DNA of 35,599 nucleotides from Choristocarpus tenellus KU-1152 (GCA_964200185.2 CAXNAD020000049.1:1-35599), one strand, 5' to 3'; positions 1 to 14,300 are shown, numbered from the stretch's first letter. Notes: generated by a model not told the origin, from the letters alone. Program-made: numbers and translations.

Positions 1-139
1 GTGTCCATTTGGGCCAAAATCAGGAAAAGTGCACTTACATTATCCATCCGACGTATGCAACCAAATCACCCAAAAATGGTGACATGAAAAATTGATCCCA
101 AATGGACAGCCACCACCACCCCCCCAGATATTTTGAGCC
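1..139 (-). mobile_element. MITE family B, copy 1 (cut by window start)
   Basis: Reverse complement of most of 26967-27150; ends CCCCAGATATTTTGAGCC. Confidence 0.82.
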
Positions 140-791
140 TTCATTGAACCATTTCTTGGCCAGCGCAGTAGAAGTGCACAGTATCAAACTCCCAAAAATA
201 CTTCTGATGATCAAGAAACGGAGCAAACAAGCACTAGGCATGTTCTGAGGGATCTTTACAGTGCTCACAACCACGTTGATAATACATTGATGCGCAGAGG
301 ATATCCCAAAAAGGAGCTGATCACTCACTCACACAACTATCATGCACACGTGCATTGAGTACAAAACTTTGGCATGAAGCACACCTTGATATTTTACCAG
401 TTGCTCTGCCATCATGATTATCTGAGAACTTTCCCCATGAGATTCCTTGTCCTGGAGGAGATAGCAGGAGCAATGTTTTCATTGGAGTTGTCACAATAGA
501 TTTGGCATTCCAGATCGAACCAGGTGAGGAAAAGAAACTAGGGGAGAGAAAGGAGTGGAAGGGACTGAAGTCAATATAACCTGAGTAAAACCGGTCTGGT
601 AGACCTGTGAAAAGCCTTGAGTGAGCTATATGGGGTGGTTAATTGCATACAGAGATAACTCAGTTTATCAAATGGTTTATAAAATGGACGAGTACACCTC
701 AATTTCCATTCTCTCTCCTTCCCCACTGCAGGTCCGAGTTCCATCAAGAAGATGGTTTACAATCCCTAGGGGTTACCTGTGCACACAATAT

Positions 792-1052
792 GAGCCAAAG
801 TATCTTAGAGGGTAGAGCCGCGTCCATTTGGGGTCCACAATCCAATATTGCGATTTGTTTGATGTAATTTCATCTATCGTGTTTGTTAAGAGGTGTCAAT
901 ATCCTTGTTCCGGACACACCTTTTCGTAACGTATACATTTTACCTACTTTGAAACATTTCGTAATAGGAAAATGTCATAAAAAGCTCTGGGGAAGCCAAG
1001 CCCCAAATGGACAAACACGGAAAAACTTGTACCCTCTAATATAATTTCACTC
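792..1052 (+). mobile_element. MITE family A, copy 1 (261 bp)
   Basis: ~23-bp TIR GAGCCAAAGTATCTTAGAGGGTA...TACCCTCTAATATAATTTCACTC; TAT on both flanks; end-to-end similar to three other copies. Confidence 0.9.
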
Positions 1053-4000
1053 TATGGCATCATTGCTATTAACCATAGAAATGGTTTGCGCTTTGCAAAG
1101 TCTCACCAAGAACAATTGATAGCAATGATTTCTCTGAAACATTGACACTCTCTTTTATCTATCCCATGCCCACAACTGGAGAGGGAAGCTTGGGTGCATG
1201 AAATATGGGCATGATGTTGACACACCTGAGTGTGGCGTAGAGCATGCCTAAGCTCCTCCCTCATGCTGTCCATATCCTCCTTGAGCTGAACAACCTAGCA
1301 TTGAGTAGTTCAAAGAGAGTGGAAGAGTAAAATGGGGTAACGACATGCTTATTGGAATAAAATGTTGGTGAAGGAGGTACAACGGGGACTAGATACCTGC
1401 ACATAGTGTGTCTCAACTGCTTGTCCTTGTCAATGGCAGATGTGCCAGGGCTGGAATGTCAGAATTGATTTGCTGAGCGATTCAGGACATCTAGTCTACG
1501 GAGTGCCTACATGTGTTTCTACTCTCGAACGCCCAAGTAGGACTAAATTCCGTTGATATTTTTACCACACACCTAATACTTATAGTGCTCTTGCGGATGG
1601 TAGTTTGTGTGTTACGATTTCAACATATACTCTATGGGAGAATTTTGCTTCACCTTGCAATACACTGTGTCAGGGAGTGAATGAGTACCGTATACCAGGT
1701 CTTACATTGCCATACATCTTTAAATATGGGATGGCCACATCCCTCACTCTCCTTACAGATTTCCACTATATATGCAAGCAACACAAACATAAGCACAACA
1801 TCATATTGACCTTGGAGGCAAGAGATATCTCCCTCTGCTGAGAAGCTTCAAGGCTGTGGCTTAGTGCAAGCCTTGTCTCCTCCTCCCTTAAATTTTCGCC
1901 TGATCAATTCAACACAGAGGTTGTGTGTTGTGCGGTCATACACATTCCATTTCTCAGTGCTTCATTGGTTGGGTACAGATCTATGGATGAGTGTGTGTGT
2001 ATGCGTATATTGGTCTGACTGCAGCAATGAAGGATACAGCAGTGTCTCTCATCCACGACAGTTGCTGAATGTGAATGAACTGGTGCAGCCAGGCCATTTC
2101 TCAACAGTGTGTGTGTCACTGGCATTTCAGATATTTCAATACAGACAATAGTGGATATACTAAATGGGAACATGGTACAGCATATGGAACCACTGCCACA
2201 ATGAACAGCAATATATCGTACACATTACGGTACTGCATGCCATTTGACGAGCAAGTGTTATGAACACTATGATATGGTGAAACACTTTGCGTGGAACACA
2301 ATGTTTGAGGACATGAAAAACTTGGAAAACACTTACAAATTGTGGAGAAATATTGGGAGGAGGTGGATTCCCATACACCACAGCAACATATCGTATTCCG
2401 ACGTGCTTGGCCTCTCAGACTCACCTCGGGCCTTCTGCAAGGCTTCCTCCAACTGAGAGATTCTCTCCGCTGAGCCCTTGATTGAGAAGTTGAACATTGG
2501 TACAAATAGTGGTTACAGTCTATACTCTCATCTGAAGTACCTTGCGTGCGAAGTGTGCTTTGAGTGTGTTTCTATGCATCATGGACACAATTCGTTGGAG
2601 CTTGATTGAAATTGAGTGAGCATAGATTGTGTAGCATTGCTTGGTGGTGCTTTGTGTGTTGCTCTTCGTTCTACACGAGTATTCATTCTTGTAGAAGACA
2701 TAATAGCTGGAGCTGACTACGAAAGCAAACATGAAAAGGAGGGTGTGAAGGAATGGTGTTGTTGCATCAACCCTGCTAAGCCTCACTTCAAGTTACACGA
2801 AACGTGCAGTGCCCCTGTAAGTGCCATGGAGTGTCTCATGTTGCTGTTTTATACCCATAGGCAAGAGAGAAACACTGAGTAGCAGGAACTTCTTTAAACT
2901 GAATGGTTAATCCATGTTCAAATCTCTTTCTAGCATAGACATGTGGAGTGATGTCAATCAGTTGTGCCTTTTTTTTGGAGGCAATAGCAATGGTTTCCAA
3001 TATCTTTGTTGGCGTCATGTACTCTGCCCTCTCAGTCATATCGAAGTTTAATATACCGAGGTATTTCCATTACTGCAATTATTGCTGCTGCTGTTTCTAT
3101 TCTCATTAGTACTATTGCCAATGCTGTGGCTTATATCATTTTTTCATTTACAGTGTAATCATCCATGGCAAGTACTTCTCAAGACTTGGATATGATCCTC
3201 GTTACCATTGTGAGAAAGATGTGGATGGGATATGATATGGGGGTAAGGGTGATACTATTTCCCTACCTTAGCAGCAGCCTCCAAACGATTAACTTTGGCA
3301 TCCCTCTCATCCCTCTCTCTTGTGAGGTTAGACACCTGTTGTTGACGAAAAATATTTGACAATGGAAAGGACATCAATATTGTTAGCAAGAACGTGAAGA
3401 AGAAGGATGAAAAAAATCGGCACATGAATGGGGGTCAGCACTCTAGGAGCTGTGCCTATCGTCATATGTGACTAAAATATGGAGGACTGGGACCGGTTTG
3501 ATACTCATAGAGCGGTGCATTGTGTTTCCTGCTGAGTGCACACTTTTCAGGGCCAATCAACTGCATGGAGTCGCTTTGCAACAAGCACAACAAGATTCCT
3601 TAGCCCCACTCACCTCTTCTGGTTGTGATCGATTGCATCATTATGCCGTATATAGTTGACAGTGCAACATTAAATTTATACACACACGGTTGGACATAAA
3701 TTCATACACAAAGGCTTTCTCACTTACAAGTATGGTTCTCAGTAGATTTTTGTGCTTATCTCTTCCCACTGGGACTGGTCATTTCCTGCTGGATCCCTTC
3801 AATGTGCTAAGCCCAATCCAAATCCAATGGTGGTGATTACCACTTGCTTTCCCTGCCTTCCACTGGCTGCCATCCAATGGATCCAAGTCCCACAACTCTG
3901 ATGTCTGCAACCATCTTGGCCCTTCCACAATCCAATAAGCTTATCACCCCAGTTAGCCTCACTTCGCAAGCCTTTCAAATCATATTCTCCTTCAACTCCT

Positions 4001-6371
4001 ACCCTCTATTTCACACCCAACCACACACCTGCACACTACTGTCCATCTCTAGCAGCACAACAACATCTACCCACCATATGGCTTGCTCTCTCGAATCTTG
4101 TCCTTGTATCGTTCATCATAGAGCAATAGTGGGATGATTGCTCTTTCTCCACTTCCAAGAGCATGTGGAAATATCGGACCCTCTGTTCATACCAGTTTTG
4201 GTCCTTTGAAACCGCCTCTAACCTGGAGCATATGAGCCTGTACCTACATTCAAGAGATTCACTCTGAACGTGGAGAAAAAAATGTATAGGTTGGTTGAGA
4301 GTTGCGAGGCCATATCTTCAAACATGCCACATTTCAGGCAAAAGCGGTATTGTTAATCGCTTGTTATGTTTTTGTTACAAACAGCATGAGGAGGAACAAT
4401 GGCTATCCTCTAGGGTCTCGCATATACTGCAGCAACACATTTTGGGGGCAAGTGGAAAGAGAAGAAGGGTTCAATGCACCATGTACAGAGCTCCATCCGG
4501 CATTTTAATCTTTGATGGAAAACCAAAGATCTCTTCTCCAACATCGAGTGTGTCATTGTCTTGATGCATCACATAATGTTTGACGTTCATGGGCAGAGCC
4601 CAGCTAGGTTAGTTTTCGGGGTCGATAGTCTGAGTGACGGAAAGATGGAAGGGGAAGAAGAGGTTGTCGTTGAGATCCTGATGAAGACACGAATTGAGTG
4701 GGGAGCATTGTTGTTTGAGAAGTTGTTGATTGTTTAAGGGGTGCTGGAGTGGGAAGGTAGAAGTTGCCCTGGGAATAGGGGGGAGTCGATATAAATGAAT
4801 CATTGCTCTAGATACTTCATAAAACGTGCTGCGGGCGATAGAGGTTGTAGCTCCTTTGAGGTGCCCACCACAAGACATCAAAGAGTAGTAATCTCTCGCT
4901 TCCCTTTCTCCACTATCGCTTCAACCGGCAAGGAAACATTCAAACCCTTGCACAACCTCCATCCACGAGACAAAAGTGTCGGTAGGATCACAAGCATTCA
5001 ACTGTTGGCGAGTTTAAGTACTTGTTTGCCATAGGGAGTCACACCGCTACCCCCACACTGATCAGTAACATCTCTCACATGGAGTTTCTTTTCTACTTCT
5101 CCATCCCATCTGGTCGACACTATGTCCTTTTCCTCACCAGTTCGTAGTCCCTTTCTGTCTCGTCTTCCTCTGAGTTCTGGCTGCTGCAGTCAGATACGTC
5201 CCAGTTTCCAGTAGTGCTTCTCCTGCTCGACTCCTTACACTCCCCTCCAGCACTCCTGGAGTGGTAGGCCCTTTCACTGGTTGGGATCAGGGCATTCTCT
5301 GGGGGGGTGAGCCACCCAGTGCTGAACCCCTCAAACATGTTGGAGTCTCTAGAAGTAGGTCTGGTATGAGTCACTGCTGCCTCGTTGCCATCATCAATAG
5401 AGGAAAAGACTGAGTCCGACTGGTCCACTACGCCCACTGGCATGGACTCTTTAGTCTCTTCTGCCCAGTCATCAACCCCTTGTAACACTTCCATAGCAGG
5501 TGAGGGGATATCTTGCCCCGAGTTCTGCCTTTCTCTGCGTCCCATCGCCTGAGCATGTTGGGGAAAAGGATGATGATGATGAGATCTTGCAAATGAAAAA
5601 AAACAAAAACATAATTTTTTGGGAGGAAACGTGCTCAAGCTCTGTCCGCATAAATGGAGGGTGACAGTAAAGCATACTCAACTGAGTTAGAAAAGAAAGA
5701 TAGGGAGTGAACATATGGATGAGACAGAAGAGGAGACTGATTGGGAAGGGGATGGATGAGCGGGAGGAAAGGAAGGGGAGGAGAACAACAAAATAGGTCA
5801 AAGGAGGAGGAAGATCGAAAATGGGGAGGGTAAGGAATGGGCGGACTGGGTACAATAGAGAAGAAGCAGGGAAAGAGAGAATGGGAAGGTGAGTGTAGAT
5901 GAGCAGAAGTAGGGGATCAGGGGAAGAACATCTGCGATTATTAACCTGCACATATTTGCAGGTGTGACTGAAGCTGGGTGACTGTTTCCCCAGTTGCGTT
6001 TGATATAATGTACTCTGAAGGATCGTGACATCATCTCTGAGGCTTTGCCCCACTTTGTATGTAAAAAAATATTGCAAGAAAACTAAAAAGGTACTACTGC
6101 TTGGCCCAATGCAAGGAGGATTGTCTCAGGGCCGAGTATTGTGTATAGCTTGGTGTGATGAGTATTTTTGCTTTGGTTGTCCCGGATTTATCACCAAATG
6201 ATAAAGAAACTCGTCAATGTGCACAGGTACCTGTGTTCCTTGTCTATCCATCCCAGTAATACATTGATGACAAGCAATCGGAAGGAATAACCACAATTCA
6301 AACATGCTCTTCCTCCTGCACGTAGTTTTACTATATCTTCCATGTGCGTGAATCCAGGTCATAATCCCAAA

Positions 6372-6631
6372 GAGTCAACACACCTTAAAGGGTAGAGCCT
6401 TGTCCCTTTGATGGCAAAAATCAAAGGGTTGCGATTTTGATGTAATTTTAGCTATTGTGTTTGTTAGGAAGTGTTAATATCCTTGCTCTAGACACAACTT
6501 GTCATACCATATGCATTTTTCCTACTCTCGGAATATTTCGGACTAGAAAAATGTGGTAAAAATACCCGTACGAAGCAAAGGCCCAAATGGACAAACAGGG
6601 GAAACTCGTACCCTCTAAGATACTTTCACTC
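6372..6631 (+). mobile_element. MITE family A, copy 2 (260 bp, more diverged)
   Basis: Degenerate left TIR GAGTCAACACACCTTAAAGGGTA, intact right TIR TACCCTCTAAGATACTTTCACTC; flanks AAA/AAC. Confidence 0.87.
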
Positions 6632-6980
6632 AACTGCACCAAAAGTATATACTTCTGCCATATTACATCCAAGTGCACCTCAAGATTTATCTGCAAGTGA
6701 GTGAGACAAGAACCATACAATATGAATACTAGCTTTAGAAAGTTCGGCACTTGCACGGAATTTTTGTTTGGAGTACCAAACATACCCAGCAACAGAATTG
6801 GCAACACAACAAGTGGCAACTGGAATTGATACTATTCAAACTTCTCAAATTTAGCAATAATAGTTACCCCCAAAGAGCCCATGACACGCAGCCTTTGTGA
6901 GAAGGGTTGGGCTCGAAGCATCAGTACCAGGCAGTGAGTAAGTCATACTGACAACTCCAATCTTGAAAGAGAGGGAGGAA

Positions 6981-7008
<28 letters not shown>
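6981..7008. repeat. (AT)14 microsatellite
   Basis: Perfect dinucleotide run. Confidence 0.95.
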
Positions 7009-7011
<3 letters not shown>

Positions 7012-8313
7012 CTCTTTCTGGTGCTTTCATCAACAAAATGAATGTCGATTCGGAGAAAATTCGGAGAAGACGGGCAGATGCACTTACCCCAATCCCTAGC
7101 TTTTGATTCAATTCTACGTCTCTCATACCGCACTGCTGATGATGATATGATACTGCACTGTGTACCTCTCTCCGCGCAACAACCGTCTGGCCGAGGTCCC
7201 CAAAAGATAGACACCTTAGACACGTACCTCAGTTCCAATCCAAAGACCCATATTTCTTGTCATTAGGACGTGATACGAGATGATGAACTCACAGCGAGGG
7301 GTCGAGATCCGCTCGACACTTCTGCGATATCATTCGATAAGTGTTCCTCGTCCTCAAAAATTGTTTTCATGGGACCTCCAGGATCCATTGCCGCCCTTAG
7401 TATGGAGCAGTTAGCAGGCCGCCCTGTGTGTTTTGAAAGGGAGGTATCGGGAATGTGTTGTGGAAGATTGTACACACTTCCGGGTGTCAAGCTAATCAAA
7501 TATCAGGCGGTCGACCCCGCACTATCCGATCTCGTGGTCAAGGTTTAAGCTTTCGAGAACAAGTGATAATGTCAACAAACCAAAACTAAGTAGCATTTGG
7601 TTCTCCCTCACTCGCTGCATATATCAACAACTTTATAATGTATTCTTATCCCGTACGAAGTGAAGGGATTGTCATGTTTCGTGTAATGTGTGGGGGTCCA
7701 AGGACATGAAGGTTTCAACAGAGACGTTTATCATGTGCTGCTACGGAGATGCAGTCATACATAGGCAGCAAAATTCGTGGATTCTTCGGTGAGCAAGACT
7801 GAATCGAGTAAATTTCATCACCTACATCAATATGAGCGTCCAATGCGAAAACATTGCATTTTCAGGGGCCTGTGTGTTTTCATGTGTACAATTGTCTTTG
7901 GTAATTTCTGACAAAGTAATAATCAATCCTGAACGGGTATCGATAGGGGAGGTCCAAGCGTTGTTTGTTACCGAGATGAGCTGCACGCCTTTGAAATCGA
8001 CAGGTAGTGCCAACCAGATGTATACTCCAAGCAAGAACTCGTCTCAATTTAAGGTCGAATATTCACTCTCCTCTGCCGATCTCAGTGAAGTAGTTCGTTG
8101 ACAGGTTAATGCGGTCTATGGGTTGAAGAAGAGCATGTGTTGCGAACTCCACGTTGGACTAACCAATGTACGGAATGGGATAGTTCACAGAATTTCGTTT
8201 CTTGAAACAACAATCCAATCCACTTTCGACAATCACCCTAACCCTAATGCTGTACTCAAAGTTCAAAAAAAGGCAGGGGTGAGATGATGATAGCGTTAAG
8301 GGTGTATGTGTGT

Positions 8314-8572
8314 GAGTGGAAGTATCTTAGAGAGTACAAGTTTTGCCATGTTTGTCCATTTGAGGCTTGGCTTCCCGTGGGGTTTTTTATGACCTTTTTC
8401 CACTCCAAATTTTTTCAGAGTAGGTCAAATGTAGACGTTATGAAAAGGTGTGTCCGGAACAAGGATACTAACATTTCCTAACTAACACGGTAGCCAAAAT
8501 TACATCCAAATCACAACATTGGACTTTGGCCGCCAAATGGACGCTGCCCTACCCTCTAAGATACTTTGACTC
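8314..8572 (-). mobile_element. MITE family A, copy 3 (259 bp, inverted orientation)
   Basis: GAGTGGAAGTATCTTAGAGAGTA...TACCCTCTAAGATACTTTGACTC; TGT on both flanks; reverse complement of copies 1, 2 and 4. Confidence 0.9.
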
Positions 8573-10776
8573 TGTATGACGAGCTCCACACAAATCACTT
8601 CTGAAGTTTGGGAAAGTTACAACGAGCTTCATGGTGTCAAAAAAGAAGCATACATGTGTGACAGGTGTCGACTATTTAAGGCGTTATCATCCAGAACCCG
8701 CCTATCTGGAACGTTGACAAAGTTCATGTCACATACACCTATTTTTGAGAGGGGCTGGGACGCCATGCAAACCATCCCCGAGCTTGCTAGAGGTTAAGAT
8801 CAGATGGATATGGTGATAGCAAGTTACCATCCAAGATTGACGGGGGAGGGATAAGCGGACCTCGAAAACTATCCCAAAAGAAATAAGGGGGTGAGTCTTG
8901 TAGGGACAACAAGGGCATTTATTCGTGGTGCTTTCCACCATAAATGATCCATTTTCGAAGATAAAGAGAGAGCTCCCAGAAAGGTCCCAGGAGTGACCAT
9001 ACTAATGTAGGCTGTGTGGGTGATGTCGCGACTTTGGCTGACAGAACCACTGTGCTAGCTCCAAACATGCAATTTGAAGCTTCTCCCAAATGACTTACAG
9101 TTGATGCACCTGCGTTCACAGGTATTGATCTCCACAACTTCTACTCTGGAGTACAAGCGACGATTTCATGTGATTGGTTTATTGAAAGAGAGAGACATGT
9201 ATCTGATGCTTTTGATCCTTGACTACACGCTACATGCATTCATTACTTGAAAGGTGCGGTACCCGTCTCGAAATGGCACTTGATTTTCTTCCGATTGAGC
9301 TATCGAGCATGGTCTTTATAGAACGTAGAGAACGTTTCTCTTCTACAATAACCCTCATGAGATCATTAAGACCAAAGCAGGTAACTCCTACAGCACATAC
9401 CAACCAGTTTAAATGAACATGTATCTGCATTGACTTGCTACCTTATGGTGGTTTGGTAACAACGAACCTCATATTGTCTGCTTACATTAGATTCTATCCC
9501 TTGAATGTCAGCCCCTGAGCCCCAATCCATGCACTACACTGCCGGGCAACCTGGTCACTATCATCTTACACACCTTGCAAAAACATCCAAATTTTATTTC
9601 GGGAAACGCTTCACTAATCGTTAGTAGAGGTGCATACAAGATATATTTTTCCTTTGGAGTGTATCAGGCATGACATAATTGTGCCACGCGTCTTTTTTCA
9701 AGTGTGTTGGGCACGACTTACTAATGGTGTAGGGTGGTACTTTGTCCCAGGTGGCTACCTTGTTGGAATGTCTATGAGAATTTCAGGTTAAAAGTCTTCT
9801 GACGGTCTATCACGATATATAGCACCAGAAAAGAGCGACCCGATTTGGTGTCATAGCCTTGGAAAAGAGCTCATATCCCGCTGATAGTCCGACCCAGAGA
9901 CCCTTCCTCCTGCTCCATTCCAACCTTTGAGAGGTTCTTTCCCTGTGCTCAGACTTGGAGCTATTAAGGCGATTTCTTGGGCTGGTTGAATTCAAATCTT
10001 GGCTCTGGAAGAAGAGTCCTCATCTTCCACACAGACGCCTTTGTTGTTGCCCACTCCTTCTCCATTTCACTTCCTGTTCCTCAGTCCTAAGCTCAACCTG
10101 GATCACATCCATCCGTTAGGCTCTTGGCCGTTTTCATCCTACCTTGTGCACACACCTTGCCAAAATCCCCTACACATGGTCGAGCATATCTGACGATGGG
10201 TCAACATCACTCATCTTCACAATCTATATAACTCACCCCCACCGTCCACAGGAGTACCTGGGCACACTCGTAGTTCATGGACTCAAGTAAGGATTGAGTG
10301 AGCTTCTTGCTTGCGTGTGTATACAGTCCAAAGCAGAAAAAGAAAATGAATTAGCTGCCCCTTGGATTTCAATTTTGATTGATTCTAACAAGATAAGATT
10401 GTAGTGATTTTCACAACTAAACTGTCAGGTGCTTGATTGAAGTGGGACAAATGGAAATCGGTGAGAAAGTATGAAAGCACTGTACGGTATCAATGATACA
10501 CAGCACAATAAGCCCCCAAACCATACACCAAAATCAAGGAGACGCCATTGTTGGAAGGGATTCTAACGCCAATGAAGTAACCAAACCCTCTCACCGGTGA
10601 TGCACCGTAAGGTGATCTGAAACATTTAGTAGCACAGGCAAACATTCAAAAACATGTATTATCAAGTCTTATCACGTATGTGACTAATCAATTTTTCTGC
10701 CCTTGCTTCTTACCAAACCCTATCACAGGCTATGTTCAGGCTTAAACCTTGCATATTGTTGGGTCATGAGAAGTCG

Positions 10777-10818
10777 CTGCCTTAGTAAGGGCATTGAGAC
10801 TGCCTTGGTAAGGGCATT
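10777..10818. repeat. 19-bp direct repeat, 23-bp period
   Basis: CTGCCTT(A/G)GTAAGGGCATT twice. Confidence 0.85.
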
Positions 10819-11274
10819 CTATTTCTTCTAATGCTGCCGAAAAAAGGATGCACTGTCACAGCCTCTTCCACCAAGCAGCAGTTGTATCAATGTCAACCAT
10901 CTTCAGCCACTCCCGCACGAAAGTCACAACCTACACTGCATAGATCCACATCTCATCCAGCAAGAGTAACCAAAGTCCCAGCCGGAAGACATCTGGGGGA
11001 AAAATTCAAGATCAAGATTTAAGCAAAAATGAAAATGCTACTCCATCTCCCCCCCACACACCCTGAGAAGAAAAAAGTTGGCTTTACTAAAGCAACATTT
11101 TCATTGATGGAATAGAGCAAGCTTACACCTGACATGAAGCCAATGAGAAAAAAAAGGGTAAAACATCCCCTTACGTTACCGCACCAATATCAATGGCTTC
11201 ATTATTGATTATCTGTCTTAGGTTTCACTCTCCACCCTTCACCCTTCCACACATCATACGCAAGACTTGTTTGT

Positions 11275-11394
11275 TCACTTGGCCCAGCGATAGACAACAG
11301 TGGGAACCTTGTAGGGTTCCTCATCGTCATTCACACATGAAACCTGGAGCTCAACATAGGTTCGCCCAGGGGAGATGACATCACCCGATGGAGA
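11275..11394 (-). CDS. UBA1: UBA1 last coding exon V ([39 protein letters not shown])
   Basis: CAG acceptor; matches E1 C-terminal 'LE..C.D....V.VP.V.Y' pattern; TGA at 11275-11277. Confidence 0.9.
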   Translation of the reverse strand, partial: SPSGDVISPGRTYVELQVSCVNDDEEPYKVPTVVYRWAK

Positions 11395-14300
11395 CTGCAG
11401 CATACATTGTGGGAAAGGTAAGGGGACCAGGAGGGTGAACCTTGAGTTGGGGGTGTAGTGGGGAGAAAGGATGGCCTCAAATGTTGAGAAAAAGTATACT
11501 TCGCAATAGAATACAAATTAGAGGTGGAGCTAGTATTTCCTGGAATGAATTGTGTCCTCTCATTGGTCAATGATACCGTTGAACGCCACAGCTATATGAC
11601 AGATCTTATCTCACAGATTTTTCATCCTCCTCTGGACCGGGTAATGCATGTAATGAAAGGGCAAGTACTACACACACCTCATTAATAGTACAAAAGTAGT
11701 GAAAAAAAACACCTTGGTAGAGGGCACAGAGACATGCCTGAACGTATGTCAGATTAAGCACCTTCTGCAGCCAAATAGATAGATAGCCAGAAACTATTCC
11801 CACAACGGTACTCTGAGTTTACAATAGTGTAGCAGAGAGGCACTTCATAGCTCCCCCCCCAAATAAGTAATACATAGGTCCGAGTTCGACACACTTGAAA
11901 AGTGGTCAGTATATTCGCAGCGTATTCGATTTTACGAAGTAGTACTACGTAGCCTCAGTACAAAAAAAATGGGATGAACACATATATTACTGCCAAGGAA
12001 CATGGGCAACCCATCAGCATACAAGTTCTGTGTTACACCCATATCCAACATTGTGAAAGGAGCATATTAAGAACATGCCCAAGCTGGAAGAAGACTCACG
12101 TCTTGGTAGCGCTGCCTCACCCACTCCTTGAGGTTAGTATCCATGTTGGACTGATACAAGGCCTTGAGGTCAGGTGTCCAGGGCTATACATACTCACCAC
12201 CACAATAGCAACAACAGGATAAAAAAAACAAGGCAAAGTGAAAAAAGCAAAGGTGCACGTGAGGTGAAGAATACAAGCACCAAAATCGACTGGTGGGGGG
12301 TGGAGGGGGGGGTTTCACAGTGAACAAACATGTTCAAGTGTGTAAAAAACATGACCATACCCTACAAAGGTCAACTGGGAAAGGAGTAGGAAGGGGAATG
12401 GTTAGGAATCTCTAATAGAGAGAAGGGGCACCCCTTAGAGTGTGGGAAGGCTAGGATGGATGGTGAGAATGAATCCTACAGATGTGCTCAGCCATCATCA
12501 TGGATCAGAGAGGTGTGCATGTAAGCGCATTTGTAATCTCCCAACAGCTACGGTTGGGAGATACTAAATAATGAATACTTGTGTGGTATAGAAGAGCTCC
12601 ATAGTCATTCAAGGCACTCAACATCATCCAACAAAGCACTAGCCTTTGGTGGATTCTGAACACATTTTTCCTTGCTATCACCCTATTTCTCTCTGCACTA
12701 TTGTGTAATATCACACCCATCAATTTTAAGAACAGTTTTGAAAGCTTATGTTGTATGTTTCACTGCAAAAATAAAACTAACCAATGACAATAAGCCAGGA
12801 GCAGTATCACAGTAGCACCCTCTACTACTACCAGTAGTGTAAGAAAATCAACACTAAAAAATCAGTATCGACAACAATGCAGATAGCCCCTTCACCTGTG
12901 TATCATAGAGGAACAATCCCCTCTGCGGCCCATCTGCGTTACTGATGGAGTGCAGCAGTAGGACACACGTTAGTCCTGCATCACATGTACATTTACGATC
13001 AATGAACGGAGGAGAGTCAAGGCCAACAGTGAAGGAAAATAAGTTGGGGGTATATAGGGATAGGCGAGATACTAAAAGAAGTCCTTCATTAGTATGCAAT
13101 AAGCTATATTAGTGCCAATGTGCATGCACATTACAAAGTGTATAGGGACTGACTGTTCTTGAAGTGACCATTTCCAGTCACAAGAAGAAGCAGTCGCACA
13201 CCTAGCACCCCACAAATCACATCATATAGAGCTCTACAATCAGTCAACCTTTGCAGACTAAACAACACACATTCGAACTCAAGATATTATCATATCCTAA
13301 CCGGTGGAATGAATCCCTGCTACTGTACACTCAAATACTTTTCAACAGCAATTCGTGAGCAACAAAAAGTAATGCAAGAGAAGGAAACAACGTTTACCCA
13401 TACCAGCAAGTTATGGCTACAGAGTAAACTGTTTAAGAAATAAGCGAAGTCACTTACACCATCAGCTGTAAACATCAAAAAGTAACATCGTACATTTCTG
13501 ACAAACACCTGACTTCTTCACTGGCATAAATCGGGCATCCCCTGGAGTACTACATGGTCTAACAAAAAGAGGGCCATATTTGAAACACTGGACCAAACAG
13601 TAGTTGCAGGGTTCTAGTGACATCACACTATTATACCATACATACACAAAACACATTATGTCTACTTTCCATCTTCAGCTCGATGGAAAAATAAAACTGA
13701 CCGGTGACCTCCTTGAACGCAGCCAAGAATTCCCTCATAGTCAGGTCCCCCTTGTCCACCACTGTCTTATCCCACTTTGTGAATCCGCTGGGCACACACT
13801 TGGTCTCCGCCATCTCGATGTGGTCATACTCATCTTTAGCCTTTTCAGGCACGGCTGACCATATTTGTGACCAGCAAGACAACCAATATTTCCAGCACGG
13901 AGGATAGTTAGTCACTGTAACTGTAAGATCATTGACTTGTAATCCTAGTACTTTGAAGGCGGTTATACAAACGCGAGAAAACAGATGCTGTACACAGAGA
14001 TAAAACGTCTTCAGGCAAGAGGGAGAGGAGTAGTTGAGGCAAATTTGGGCAAGGGACGATATGAGGCTTATTCTATGGGGAAACAATGGAAGGGCTGAAA
14101 ACAGGTGTTATCGATGTACATTGCAGGGGGGTGACACGCACCTGGCTCAGAGAAGAAGTAGCTGTTGAGGCCAAGGTTGTTGGAGGAGTCCTTGTATGCC
14201 TCTAGCTTCTTATTCTGCAGAATCTACTTTCACGGAAGGGAAAAGGTTGAGCAGGTGCTTGACAATGTTAGCAACACCTGTCATACACACAACACAGCAA

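Noticed and set aside
792-1052. CACTA/EnSpm assignment from the terminal CACTC
   Set aside because: CACTC is at the 3' end; the 5' termini read GAG, not CACT.
1360-1415. 'EGGTTGTRYLHIVC' as a HUH Rep motif 2
   Set aside because: First His absent, flanked by stops, no other Rep or helicase motifs seen.
5472-6077. 201-aa hydrophobic ORF as a membrane protein
   Set aside because: Arises from a C/T-rich low-complexity tract that lacks stop codons by composition.
8236-8248. CCCTAACCCTAA as a second telomeric insertion
   Set aside because: Only two units and no flanking duplication; compatible with chance.
6372-8572. Single 2.2-kb transposon with 260-bp long TIRs
   Set aside because: Outer flanks differ (AAA vs TGT) and copy 3 has its own TGT/TGT duplication, so these are independent MITE insertions.
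11123-11127. TGTAA (chlorophyte-type poly(A) signal) ~150 nt after the stop
   Set aside because: A 5-mer is expected by chance and the taxon is unknown.
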